Assembly (NCBI GenBank): GCA_002633005.1
Contig: NMRA01000570.1
Span: 62,001 to 126,000 of the forward strand
From: Phoronis australis
Lineage: Eukaryota > Animalia > Phoronida
Reading direction: 5' to 3'
Length of the DNA stretch: 64,000 nt
In this document: positions 48,401 to 63,400 of the stretch, piece after piece
Numbering within the stretch: position 1 is the stretch's first letter
Layout: each line of letters starts with the position of its first letter
Made by a program: the position numbers and the translations under genes
Notes under the pieces: model-generated
Told to the model about the DNA's origin: nothing
What the model saw: the letters and a program-made list of their open reading frames with translations, nothing else
Database searches by the model: none

Positions 48401-51400
48401 TTCAGTGGCAGGACGATGGTGATGATAAACAATACAATGAGATAGATGTGCGACACTAGATAAGCCATGAATTTGATTATAGGTATTTTGTTGAACCTGT
48501 GCTTGAGCGGCAGGGAAAACGCTAACCACACCGGCGGTACAAGAACAAAGGCAATGAACAACATCGCCAGCTTCCAGCCTTTCCACTTCAAGTTGCCGAC
48601 CCAGACGTCGGATAAATACTTCTGTATTGTAGGATGAGACACGACCTCCTTCTGTTCGTTTTCAATCAGGACGTCCAGAAACGGCGTCCCTTTACAGTCC
48701 ACAGACTTCAGTAGGATACTGGCTCCACTCGAGCTGGCCGCAATAGCCATCAACTCCGTTGCCATGGTTTCAGAGAACTGGCCACAGGCCAACAAGTCCT
48801 TAGCGCGTTCTTTCTCTCTCGTTGCCAATAGACTGAAGTTCTTTGACATCTTGGCCGCCGTGTCCACTGGGGCGGGTGACAACAGAATGAACTCTTCGAT
48901 GGTCTTATTGTTGTTGGTCTTTCCACAAACCATCAGGTCAAACACAAACTGGAAAATTAAAACATCAGAAAATTGAAGGATAGTAAGTGTTTTAAAATAT
49001 GTAAGCATGAAACGAAGTTAAATATTTTGAAATTTTTAACAATTTTCAGACTATTGGACCTTCAAATTAAAGGACCTAAACTCAGCTGAACATTCATTAG
49101 TCTGAATTATAATGGCTAAAAAGAAAATTATGTCAAATAGCTTGAAATATATATTTTTGTAAATTTCTTCAAGCTGTTGGGCCTTTACACAAATGATCTG
49201 CAACCCTGAAAACAACTGTGTGATCCAGAAGTGTATTATGTTCAAAAGAATGTCAAGTCATATGTTAAATACATTTGTCAGGCAAAGGACTTTTGTACCA
49301 GAAAAGGAATATCAAGGCAACGATTTCTTCCATTCCCACATACACATTGTCTCACAACATGACATCCTTTGCCAACAGATACCTTCTTATCCTCCATCAA
49401 CTGCTGTGTATTGTGGTCCTTTCTCATCAAGTAACTCAGTACATCCGTGTGATTGGCTGAGGCAGCGTAACACAGCGCCACCTTACCATCCTTTGTCTCG
49501 AGGCTTGGTGATCCACCACTTTCAATTAACAGCTTGACAACCTTCAAGAATCCGGCTTTGGCGGCAAAATGCAATGCCGTCCATCCGTTCTGCAAAATAC
49601 AATCAAATGTAAGTAAACAACCATAAGGTTATCAGTTGAAAGGTTACAATATCTGATCGAGGTCCATTAATAAAAATTCTCCTTTCTTAAACCAATGAGC
49701 AACAGTTTGGATGTGCCCTTCCCAACTACAAGACCTATAGAAAATGCAGACTTTAACGATATCAATTTTCATAGATGACTATGTTACGTAACTGTTAATG
49801 GCCATTATGTAATCAAAGCCAAATCAACTTTGAACAGAGGCCACCAAACATCACTCAAGACACAACTCTGAAGCAAACCAATTAAAGCGCACCACCCTTC
49901 AAGTTAGCTTTCAACTGTCATCCATTAATTGTGACTGGTCAGTTTCTGGTTGAGTCTAAAAGCCTTGCAGACCCAAGATCCTCTTGTTTTAAAAGTATTC
50001 AAGCAGCGCTATTACTTGTCAAACACAGCAAGAAAGGAAACAACCTTTCATGTTTAGTTCTATTCAAACCCCAACTTCAACATAGGGCAACCAGACCTGG
50101 CAGATTTCTGATATAGTTTTGCCCAAACCTATCACAGCACCGTCATACCGAATATCAGTTAACAACAAATCAGTAGGCCTAATTGATAATTCCTCACTTT
50201 TGTTCAGCTGTCCCAGTCTATTTTGGTAGACTTCAGCAAACAACAGAATGGGTTGCAAAGGTCATATATGAAGAAACTGTAAATTTTCAATTGGACACTT
50301 CCAGGTTAGCTATAGGATAATTAAGTCATGTGACCCAATTAAGTCACGTGACCCGCCAAGTGCCAGTGTTAAAACTGGTGCTTACTTTTCGAATCTTGTG
50401 CAGATAAGGCTGAGCTACTATTGGTACGTTGCTTTGTAAAGTGATGTGCTTCTCATTCAAATTCTCACTAGATTCTCACTCGCAGTTCTCACTCAAATGG
50501 CTCTTTTAGTTAAAATATCACTGGAATCTCATTGGAATCCAGTGAGATTCCCACTTTCTTTTTCATAAGGCGTGTACGTAACTGCTATAGGTCACGTGTT
50601 GTGATGTGAAATATTGCAGCACAGCTGGAATAAATTGAAATCTCAAAATACTAAACATTGATGAGAAACACAACGAACATTGATGAGAAACACAACGCAC
50701 ATGGCGGGTCTAAACAAAACTAAAACAGCATACCTTATCACATGTGTTAATGTCTGCTCCTTGTCCAAGCAATAATGCCACCATGTCAAGATGACCATTG
50801 GCTGCAGAAAGGTGGAGACCCGTGCGCCCCCTTTTGTCCTTGACGTGAATCTGTGACGTGGACTTGCTTAGCAAGAGGCTGACCACAGGAGTGTGTCCAC
50901 TCTGGGCAGCCAAGTGGAGTGGGATGGCACCCTAAGAGATACATGCATAGAGTGAGCGTAAGCGACACCTTCTAGTATTGGTACAGTTGCATCTCACGTA
51001 ACAAGAATATTGACACATGTCACAAATGTGACAAATGTCACATAAATGATGCATGTGAGCAGAATCTAGTTATTAATAGACATATAGCTTTAATCTGTGT
51101 CATTATTTGAAAAAATGATTAAGAGCAAAGGTAATCCCGATATAATTATCATAACATGATGGCTTTACCAATTGATTTTGAGATTTCAAGCAGTACACTT
51201 CAATGCTTCACAACAATAAACAGTGACAGCGAAATGTAATCTTGAAATAATTACATAACAAAACGAAGGATTTTTAAATACTAATTAACTGAACATTATT
51301 GTTTTATGACAGTTAAGGATGCACAACACAAGAAATGAAAAAATACATTCAATACATCAATACTTAATGTTTAATAATAATGCTGCAAATATTTTCCAGT

Positions 51401-54400
51401 AATACACCAAAAGCAATCCACAGCTGTTAAACTATATTCATGTATTTTGTTAGAAAATATTTCAATAAAATATTAGGATATGTAAATATCCACAAAAACT
51501 GCAATGTCATTGTCACTGACAAACTTTTAACCTTAATATCACACACAGAATAATTATAATCAATTGATGTGAATGGTAATTTTAGAAGTGACGGTGGCTG
51601 GGCTCAGAACAGACTTGGGTAAATTTGTCTCAATTTAGACCAACATACTAGCTACAGCAAAATTTCATCTTCAAGTTTCATTGTGGGTATCAAGTAATCT
51701 TTTAAAATAAGCTAAATCCTTCCCTTAAAATAACTTTGTATTAGCTTAAGCAAAATGGTATGCAACCTACTTTTGCTTTTTGTTTAGCTTTTCAATGATT
51801 CTTTGTTTTTCAGTGTTCATAAAGTCATAGAGGTGCTACTATAGAGGCTAATATCCACTCTCTGTGTGGTTTTAGCAAACACGTACAACATGAAACAGTT
51901 AACCACTGAGTCCGACATACAACAAGGAAATTATTACAAAACTCATTAAAAGAACATGAATATTTTTCAAAAAGTATTCCAGACAAGTACAAAAAGCAGA
52001 TAAAAGAGGTCAGCAGTAAGCATGTAGAAAAGAGCACTTTAGATTGTACAAAATGACATTAACTTCCATCAGAGAAATTCCTTTAGAAATGACCAAGTAA
52101 CGTTACATTTGGTTGGTTGGGAAGCAAGTTCGAAGCAGGGAAATCAAATATCCATGACTAAACCATAATGCATACAGAAAGCACTGAACTTGAACAATAT
52201 AACTAGAAAAATAGTTGGTCCACAATAGAAGCAAGGCAATACTGGAGAGAACTTAGGGTAGTGCAAAAAGGGGAGGAGTGTTGTAGGTGGTGAATACGTT
52301 ACTATGGTGACCAATACCTGAGGAATGCTATACACCTACAACAGCATGCAAGTAAACATGAGTGCTCAATTCAAGCAAATCTCAGCCACTAGGAACTAAA
52401 ACGCATGCTCAAAGATATTGACGTAAGTGATGTTGATTATAAAGAAGTAATTGCCCATTTTAGTGAAAAATGAAACATTAAACATGCACTCACATGCACT
52501 CACGTATAAGGATGGTTGTTCACAAGCAACATTTCATTTGATGATGGTGAGATAAAATTAGAATAGAGAACCTAGCTCTTGTTTACTACTTTGTTTTTTA
52601 AAGGTGTCCACAAATGCTCCCATCGGTCTCTTGTTGATATCAGTTTTTTTATTTAAACAAGGTGCAAGTGTAAGAAAAAACACCACTGCAAACTTCCGGA
52701 AGGGAAAACCATGAACATATTTTAAGAGCTGGAAAAGTATTTGTCTATTACTTAGATGCCATGGCCACAGTGTTGATGCAGACAATAATTTTTGTTCATT
52801 AGGAAATGATCAATGAGTCTGTGCATTTCTAGATAAAGAAAAAATAATCTGCCTTGTGTTAAAAAGTGGTAAAAAATCAAAATTTTCCAATATGTCTCAT
52901 CACAAAAAGCACCTCAGATGTGGGAAGGTATACCAACAACCGTGATTTTGTAAGTCAGAAGGTGTGTGCAAGTGTGCGTGCGTGTGTGTTTGTGATGCTG
53001 TTTGTCTTAAGCATATCATTTATTTGAAGTACTTATTATTTCGAGATATAAGTTATTAAAAACTGATCAAATATGCTCCAACAGATGGCGATCCATTCAC
53101 AAACCTGCGCATTCGTAGCAGCATCAGCCATAACACCAGATGAGTTCAGAAGCAGACGTACTAATCCCTCATGGCCAGACTGAGCAGCCAAGTGTAATGG
53201 TGTTAGGCCAGACTGAAATGTAATGAAAACAATTGAAGGAAGTCGTCTCAGTATTTTTAACACACTTTTCTCAAAAACAAATCAAAGTTCATTGCCTTTA
53301 AATACCAAAATTAAGGTTATATGTAAACTTATTGGCAAGACTGTGCAGTTACGATAACTAAATATCTGTAAAACTATCACGTTTAATTCAGTCAGTAAAA
53401 TAGTACTTCTGAAAGTAGAAATTAATCTTTGACTTTACATCATTCTGCCAATAACTGTGTCGCATGACATGTCCTTTTAGTAAAATTCAGCAAGAAAAGA
53501 AAGGCACATTTGTTGCAAAGCAAATGTCATGACAAAATTTCTTTGAAGATATAAATGTTAGAAGAATATAAAATCTTGGAAATGCCATAACAATCATCTA
53601 AATTATCATTTTATAAAAAGCCAAAACGTTCTATATTGTGATACACCCTCAAGCATAAGTGGAACATACGACACATCCTTTTATAAAGTCCTGCATAAAG
53701 CAATTTGAAAGCATTTGAATGCTTGATTTGAATCTGATCATTCATGGTGTCATCATTTATGGTGTCAAAAGACACTCAGCCAAATTGTGATTTTTCTAGA
53801 GGTTCACAAAACTTCAATGGTAGAATGTGAACAACTTAGTAAATGCCAAGATGCATCAGTGAGTTGTTCATATGATCATCATCGTCAAAATACCCAAATT
53901 AACTCCAGATCAAACACTGTTTCACAAAAATTGAAAGCATTATCTTCATGGATTCCAAAGTTTACTTTTGAATTATATAACATTACCTAACAACTGTTTT
54001 GAAATATTGAAAATGACAACCAAGTGAAATCAAGTCCATATCATCAACCTCAATAAAACCAACAAGCTTATAAAAGCAAATCAGGCCCCAGAAGCAACTG
54101 GATCTATCAAGAAGCAAATAATGTAAAATTTAAAAAGTTCACTTGCCATTAAAACAAAAATACAAGTTTCAAAAGTTGTTCATCAGAGAGGGTGGTGTAT
54201 TTGTCCTAAAAGATTGTTTAGAATGATACCAATATGTAGTTCAGGTAATCCAGTGGCCACCAAAAGAGGTCAGCACATCATGTAAGAGGCAGTCCTCACT
54301 CGGGGGTCTCTGTGTTGAGCATGTAACAATGAAACTATACCTCAGCTGACAAGTCCTTAAGGCCATCACTTGGACTCTCACTCTTAACAGTAGCTGGAAC

Positions 54401-57400
54401 TTTGGTCAACATCTCACGCACAAAATCTATTTGTCCAAAATGTGCGGCCACATGCAGAGCAGTAAGACCAGTCTGAAACAAACAACAAGGTAGAAATTGT
54501 TCTCGTAACATGAACACATGCCATTCATATCTTAGTTACACAATAGCAAAACTGAGAAAATGACATGTTCATATAACATGTAAAGATTCTCCTATTAGAA
54601 CAGGATTTGGTGGACATTAAAATGACATTTTCATCAAAATTTCAAACAGGAGAATTCTACTTCATTCCAAGTAGAGTTATAAGATAAACATGCTTTAATT
54701 CCGTGACTGAAGACTACTTATCGATCTGCAAAAAATTTTGGCGATTACGATAAATTGCCCCTAAATAGTAAAAAAAGAAATCACAATGCTGTATTTGAAA
54801 CGCTTTCATTCAAGAGAAAAAAATCTCATTTCTCAAAATCATAAAAACACCCAATTCCTTTCTTGTCACAAACATCCGTGACCTACATTCAAAGTTGTAG
54901 GTTTTACCATGCATTACCTTAGAACTGGTAATATTCCAGGAAACAGATCCCTTGAGGGCCTCCAGTATCTGCACATGACCCTGTTTTGCAGCCAAATGTA
55001 TGGCGGTCATTCCATCCTGTAGGTATGAATACAAGGATTGAGTGACTCACTTTACTTACACAGACAAGACCCATTACCTAATATGTAACAGTACACCCTT
55101 ATCAATGATTATTGTACCGTGAACAATTGAAAGATTCAAGGCAAAAATAAGCATTGCCATTTTGAATGATCTCAAAACTGCGTGTTCTTCAATTTTTTCA
55201 TTGCTTTCAAATATTTGATTTTCGTTTGTTTTCATGCATGTCTTGCATCATCAGAGATGGCAGAAATTCAATTACTCCAACAACTTTTTAACCTTTTACT
55301 TGTCAATTAGAAATTAAGAATTTCTAGGACAACTTCCCCATGAGCATTTCATTCATGCATAAAAATTATTTATTCTGTGAAAAAAACTGTCAATTTTAAA
55401 CAACAAATCATAGTTCATATCATCGTGGTCGTACAGCATTTTCATCCGAGGCAGATGCCCCTGCGTCCAGCAACACACGGCACACTTCTGTGTGGCCCCC
55501 CTCAGCAGCCAAGTGTAAAGAGGTCGAGTCATTCGTCTGAAATGACAATTGAAATTACAGCATAATTTTATTTCTTGAACAAATTTATGAACATGGATCA
55601 CACACCTGAAGGAGGTATGGCAAAGTCGTGCCACTTTCAAACTGCTCACCAATACATTTCGTGACAATTGTATAAATAGTAAAATTTTACAACCTTTAAC
55701 ACACTCCATCATAAATATTTTTATACGCTTTTCTTACTTTATAACACCTGGCACTGTTTTTTTTCTTAATCCTCTGCAAACTACTTTGGAATCCGTAATT
55801 TCATTCCATCACAACAAATATTGAATGTAGTTCTCACAACACATGAAGATGTTCTAAACATATAGTGCTAAACAGAATCCCCCACTCTGTCTCTACTTTA
55901 GAATGAAAGCAACACAAACAGTAATTAGTATTCAAAATCAGCTGGTTATGAATCAGTCCAATAATTCTGTATTTATTAAATTCTTGCACTAATTACCCTG
56001 TTTCTAGCCGTTGTCATGACGACCTTGTTAAACTTCATCAGCTCCTTGATGACTGCTACACTGCCCTTGGACGCTGCGATGTGTGCACAGGTCATTCCGT
56101 TCTGCAATAGAAAGATGCCAACATAGTACTTTTCAATTAATTATAAATTTCAACAGGTATGCGGATATCAGACACTGCGGGTCTTTAAACTAGCGACACA
56201 TAGGATCAGGAAACTCTTACTGTCTTCTGGATTAGACTTGTGACAGAAAATCTTTTGAAAAAATATCTCTATACATTTGACATCTATTATGAAATAAATT
56301 TTCAAAAGGCCAGAACATTTGGTACTGTTGAAAAGTAAATAACACAACAGAATTTTTCTGTTGATTAAGACAAGTAGAAAAAAAAATAATTTAAAGGCAA
56401 CGCCAAAAGAATTGTGTAAAACCCACACTGATCAAAAACATCATGGAACAGAAATTCCATATTTATACTAGATTCCTATAAAAGATGGATTGAACAGGAT
56501 CAGGGTCATGCTATAGGAATACTGAAACATGCAATTAAGAAACAAAAAAGAAAAATGGACCACTTCCACATGCTCAAAGAGCCTCAGCAGAACCTAACTC
56601 CAATAACCTACTTATATGTGCTACATGATAAAATCAAATCAAACCAAAACAAAATAATAGTATATAAATCTTCATGGTAAAATGACACTCATATCCATAA
56701 ACAATTAGTTGGACAAACAAGGCTTTACTTGGCTAGTTAACATCCAAAGCCTTCTATATAATTATATTAACGTTGACTACAGGTATATTCAGCCATACAC
56801 AAGCATTTCGTGTCAGCCGCCTAGCCAGACCACCTAATGCCATCTACAGCATTATTGTATTACTGTACAGATTCTGTCTATGAATTCATACACCACAGTT
56901 GACAAATGGTAATAAGAACTGGTTAATCACTTACAGCATAATATGATAGTCACAATTGTGATCTGAAAATATCAAGTCAGAAAAGATCCAGTTCCGACTG
57001 CATGGGGGCATTTTCAGATTTGATATCATATGGTCACATCTGTGACTAACATGCAGCATGTGTAACACATGAACCAAACAGTAATTAAGTATGTTATATT
57101 CATTGTATATTGGAATAGATTAAAATTCATGGACCCTGCTTTTTGTGTACTAGACATTGGCACAAAGGAAAAATAATGAAAATAACACTTTAAATACGTG
57201 ATATTCATCATTTTAATTTACGTATAATAGTAAAGTCTGTGGTTGTTGTGTATGAATTTATAAACAATTTATTATTAATCTAACTGCATGCGAATGTATC
57301 ACTTGGAAAGTTTACTTACATGATCCTTAAAAAGAAGACGCAACACAAGGTTAATATTGACAAAAGAGTGCAAATACAAAAATTACAGAAATGATCAGAA

Positions 57401-60400
57401 AATCTCCCATCAAAAATATGAAAACAAAGCTTTGATGATATGACAGAAAAAAATTCTACAGCTGTATAAATTCAATCAAATCATCTAGTATAGTTTTTGT
57501 TTGAAAATTGATACGGTGGTGAAGTATTTACAATAATCCGTCTTTCAAGTGAGCTAAGCAAAACTGATGAGATCCCATGCCTGCCAGAGAATGGGTCATT
57601 GAGCTGATTGTGGCTGAATTGACATGACACTGCATTAAAGATCTTGCTAGCATTTTTGTGACTTTTGAAAAAAGGTTCCGCTCCTTGGCTGAAATTAATG
57701 TGGGAGGGCACTTTTTGTAGGTTTCAAAATGACTCAAGTCCAGACCAGAATCAGATACAAGTATGCTTTTTGGACAAATCCATTGATTTTAGAATTACCA
57801 AAATAAAAGTCAGAATAGATTCAACTTATTAGGAAGTCTAATGCACGTCAGATGATCAGATGTTCCTCACTCTAGTAACCAAATGGGTGTTCTACCTTTT
57901 CACATTACGTGTGCAGCACCAGTGCAAAACATCTGAGAATCAATACAATGCGTTCCTTGTGACATGGTTACCTAGTCCACACCAGGAAACAATGAAACAA
58001 TGCTTTTTCATAACATTCCAAATATCAAATCTTGAAATATACAAAAAGTATCAAAGTTACCGAGTTAGGTTTACAATTAAAGTAGAAGGCAAAATAATTC
58101 ATTGTGAATCAAAAGAGCAAAACTTGTTCGAAAAATCAAAAACATGCACACCATTTCAGATGTTATTTGAAAATTTACAGCAAAGTTTACATGACTTACC
58201 GTATTTGCCATGGTAACCAGTTCTGGCTTGTGCTTCAGAAACAACTTGACCACATCTGAGTGGTCATTCTCAGCAGCCAAATGGAGAGGAGTTTGGCCAT
58301 GCTGAAAATACAAGGGACCAATTTTTAATCCAATTCACTAACACAACATACCACAATACCTGCAATATCGTGTCAATAGATGAGAATAATGCAACACGGC
58401 ATATAATTAATTCTCCACTGGCTTGTTTTTGTCACAAAAATAATGACTAACAAAATTAATATCTTACTGCTTATTGTCAATATTATAACTAGAATGGATT
58501 TTCTCAAAAGAGGAAGTTATCAAAGTTGTATACTATATATGGCTTGAGCTAAAATCACCGCGGACTCTTAAAACTTGTCACAAAAAATAAAATGATCACC
58601 TCTTTTGGTTTGAGATAAAAAACATTCCTTTATAAATGCACAATACTTTTTCTCAATGTTAGTCATCATACATCAGAAATTGTCAAACATTTTCATATGT
58701 TTTGAAATGTTAACATGCAGCTCTCAATTTTCAGATAATGATCCAGTTTCAGAATCCAAATTTGATGAAAATTTGCATTCAAGTTATCACAGGAAACCAC
58801 TAACTATGCAACAGTTCTAAGACTTGTAATAGAGGCCTGAGCTTTTGTTAGTTTCATATGTGCTCCAGACCTGGGCTGTGTAAGAGATCCAGCACTTATT
58901 AATAAGATCAAAACTAAATGATGAGTAAAAGGTCAACTTTGGCAATCATCCACTCAAATGTCACAAATGTTTGAGCGTCATTATGTTCACAATGTTTTTA
59001 TTTCAGGACTCTGATCTCTGTTTACGGCATTGTATATAGTACTATTTGCTTTATCTAATAAAGCCCTTAGCTAACCCTGTATTTTAATTACTGGAGTAGA
59101 CCAGAAATGTATTAGGGACTGGCTTCTTCAATTGTAAACCCACCTTCTATTGCAAGCTTTGCGGTGTAATCTCTTTACATGTAACAATATCACTTACCTC
59201 ATCTGTGGCCACTGGGTCAGCCTTCATCTTTAGCAGGGTACTACACACTTCCATCTGGCCATTTTGAGCAGCTAAGTGAAGTGGGGTCTTCTTAGCCTAA
59301 ATATTTAAGAAAGCAAACTTAGGCAACTTGAAAGTAATGTAAGATAAGTTTGCAAGAGTAAGCTTGGCATCAGAAGACTACCTAATGTACACCAGCGAAC
59401 GGTAACTTAATATAAATGTTAAACCAGCGTCGACAAGTATATAACAACTGAGTTCAAGTCCCAGTCGGTGCCAGAAATCTTTTCAGACTATTCATTAGGT
59501 CACATAATGTGGCCAATAGGTGGCATGCAGACTAGCCTTAAAAATGCATGTTTGTGAGCTAACTTGAAACATAAAAAACTCTAAAGAGTTTCCCAATAGA
59601 TTCCTCACTACGGTTCCAGTATGTTGTCGTGAATTTACAATCAAAGCATTTCACAATAGTCATTGAGCAATTTCTAAATGTTTCTCACTTTTCCTGTGCA
59701 TTACTTACCAAGGTAAGAGCATCAATAGTTGCCCCATGTGTCTCTATCAATAGTCGCACCAGCTTGTTGTATCCATTCTGTGCAGCTAAGTGCAAAGGGG
59801 TCACACCTAGTTTGGACTTGGCGTTAACAAACGCCTTATGCCACAACAATACGTCTGCCACGTGGTCGTGACCGCTCTCCGCCGCTAGGTGAAGGGCTGC
59901 CTTTCCGTGCTACAAATGGAAACAACACACTCCAGCTTCAGCAAAAAGTTTTGATTTGAAACAATTCAATAAATTCTGCACAGCGAGTTTTCAAATAAAT
60001 TCAAGTGAGTGAAAGCTGAGTGCTGACAAATAGGTTCCCGTCCTAACTAGCATAGACTAGCAGATTATGGCTACAAAAGACTTAACTGATTGGACAGCGT
60101 GGATGGAATCTTAGGAGTAATTATTTCCATTCCATAAGCTGAAATTTTTCGACACATGTGTCTTGTGAACGTTTTGAGTAACAGAACACACTCCTTGCAC
60201 CTTGTGTAGGGTGTTAACATTGATTGCATAATATAAAAAAATGAATGAACAACAGATGCAAACCCACAAACTGCAATGCAAAGTGTACTATTCTCGCTTA
60301 TTTCTACAAACTAAGGATACCGTGACGACAACCACTCCTGCACAGGTCTGGCGAGAGGGCAGCACAGATGGAGTGGTTGCACACAAAATAGAGGTAAACA

Positions 60401-63400
60401 AATCAATCCAAAGGAGACAAACTTTTGACGATATGGATTAGAGGCACATTACCTCATCAAACACATCCACTCTGGCATGGTTAGCCAACAATATCTTCAC
60501 TATCTCCAAATGGCCCTGTTCACTGGCTACAAGCAAAGGGGACCAGCCATTCTGAAAACAAACAAATTCAAAACTTCATAACTGGCAATTTGTGTAGCAA
60601 ATAAGCGATTTTTTGGTCGTCAACCCTTTTGCTAATGGTCCTTTTGGCTTCGACACCAGATTTGCTCTGAGGTTGTAAGTCGGTGCACCAAAGTTCACAA
60701 AACAGCTGATTACAACTCCAGTACAAAGTTTTTAATAGTAAAAACAATCAACTTTAATTTGAAAAAATGTACCTCAAATTCGTATTACAGCAAAGCTATA
60801 ATTACTAATTCAAAAAATAAATGCCATAATTGTTTTTATTTCTTTCAAGAGTGTTTACACTTCTCTAAAATTCATAAAGTTTCACCATGAATGATGGCCG
60901 CTTAGTGCAGACTGTGCCAATATATTTGAGTGAATACAAAAAAGCGATCATTCCTCTTTTATGCCATGTTGCATGTTTAATTCATGAAGCTTTAGTGAAT
61001 GCAAACTATATACTTTTTAACATTTACTCAACGCATGGTCCATAGAAATCACAGGTCACAGTGGTTTAAAAAGGTAATAGATTAGGCTCATTCAGGTATG
61101 TATCACTTACCTGTGCTTGTTTGTTAACAGCCACCTGAACCTTGTTGGGGCCAATGTGCTTTACAATCTCTAACAGTATATCTTCATTACCAGCCCTGGC
61201 ACAATAGTGAAGTGATGTCTCACTCGTCTGAAAATAATAGAATGTCGGGGAATTTGCGTTTATGGCTTATGTTAATATTCTAACTATTTAAAGAAGAGAT
61301 TGTATTTTTCAACTACTCTGCTTTTTAACAAACGTGTTCGACTAAACCATAATTCATACAGAAAGATTATTTTTCTTTTAAACAATCTGGTTCTCAGAAA
61401 ATGGGGAGAGGTTATACAAATACATTCAGCTAGGTTATTGCAGAATTAATTTTATGATGGTAATCAGACTACGAACATCTACGCATGTAATACCCCCGTC
61501 ACACCGGAGGTGCGGTACCACTGTGGTGCTTGTATGGCATAAACTGCAGTGGCACCGCCATGTTTTCTGTGGTTCTGCCATAGATCGCCATAGCACCGCA
61601 GAAAACTGTCAAAACCGCAGACCTTCAAGGTGGCATGGCGGAAACTTTGAACATGTTCAAAATTTCCACAGTTCCACCGCAGGTTGGGCCAATCCACAGT
61701 GGGATCGCCGCGACACCGTCATGACTGTTGTGGCACCGTACAAGGACCACAGTAGCATTTCCATCACTGTCATGCTTCCGCAGTTCAACCAGCGTGCAAT
61801 CGCCGAAAAGGTAGACTGTCGACCCTATGGCAATCCCATGGCAAAGAAGAACACATGTGTGACGGGAAAAACTATGAAACACTACAGGCGGTGTCACTAC
61901 CGTGATGGTGGTTTTGATCAAAGACCGTTGAGGCACCGCGCCTCTGGTGTGTGACGGGATATTACATTTAATTCTACGGAATGTTATCAAGTGAGAATAC
62001 TAAGAGAGAGATCCCTTTAAAAATAGGTATTTTACAAAATTTTACAGCCATTTATAAGGTCAGCAGATTTTAGAAAAAAGCACTTCCATTGGTTAGACGT
62101 GTAGATTTTCAATAAATTACATGGAATTGCACAGTTTATAATCAAACTAAATTAACACAACAAGGAAGATACCGCATGAAATGTGTGGTATCGTGATTAT
62201 ACAAAATACAAGAATATTAAACAAAAAATTCCTTACATATTTGCTGTGTTGATTTGTGTCACCACCATATTCTAGCATCAGTTTTATCATGTCTGTGTCT
62301 TCAAACTCTCCATGAGCCGACTTCTTCGTCAGCTCAGCCGCGTAGTGTACACAACTCTCGCCCTCCTGTACAGAGTGGTTGAAATCATTGACAGGCATAT
62401 AGCAATGGCTACATATTCAAACAATCTACTGATCTGAATAAAAATTTCCTTTGGCAATTGACATTTTTAATGATTCACTGTAAAAAAAATTTGCAGAAAA
62501 AACACCTAGGCTATCAAAGCAATAAGACACAACTAGAAATTAACACAAAGTGGCAAAACTATTTAACCAAATGTTTAACGTCATGTAACCATGGTAACGT
62601 GAACATCAGTTATTGCAGCACACAAATGAGACTACAGTATATCTGACCACAGGTCTTACCAAGTTTTGTTGATTTACCAGCATGGTGGCATCGATTTTTG
62701 ACTTGGTTGTAGACACGAAGGTCAATATCTCATTTGCAACACCCCAGTGACAATAGCGCACGGCTATGTGAAGAGGAGTCTCCCCATTCTGAAAGAGAAC
62801 ATTCAACTAAATTTAACATCATGACAAAAACGCATGTAGAAATGAATTGCCAACGACGAGAAACAAAACGTGTTCAAAACAAAACAACGGGAACGTTCAT
62901 ACCCACAGGGAGGGAGGACGACTGTGAACACTGAAGTTCTGTTTACAACAGTCTTTATCAAATAGCTTTTCAGGCGCGTGAGCAGTGAAATGTCGGTATA
63001 TGCTTCAGCGTGTGATAGTGTTTACATACCTTGGACTGCCACAAGGGGTCAGCACCTTCTTCTAGCAATGCTCGGATCATTTTTAAGTGACCATGACGAG
63101 ATGCAATGTGAAGAGCTGTTTCACCATTCTGAAACAACAATCATTATCTATATCCTGTTTCATCAAGAATGTGACTCAGTCCTAAACAAAACTACCAGGG
63201 GATTAACCTTAGCTGACATTTCAAAATAATCCTTTTCAATACACGCCTGCTGAACGCACTCCCACTAATTTTTGGAGGTCTTCATTTTTTAGCAACTTGT
63301 TTGCTAGTCTCGTCAAATGTAGTATTTCAACTGACGACATAGGACATATGTGACAACAGACAGGCTCTCTCATTTTTTGAATTGGACTTCAGATACTCTC

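Noticed and set aside
54300-54309. 10-nt microexon (cag|AGACCCCCGA|gtgag) after TRPN exon 54341
   Set aside because: Would need a ~31-nt intron and shifts the frame.
61454-61990. Three overlapping ORFs up to 166 aa
   Set aside because: Coincide with a GC-rich MITE; no transposase motifs.
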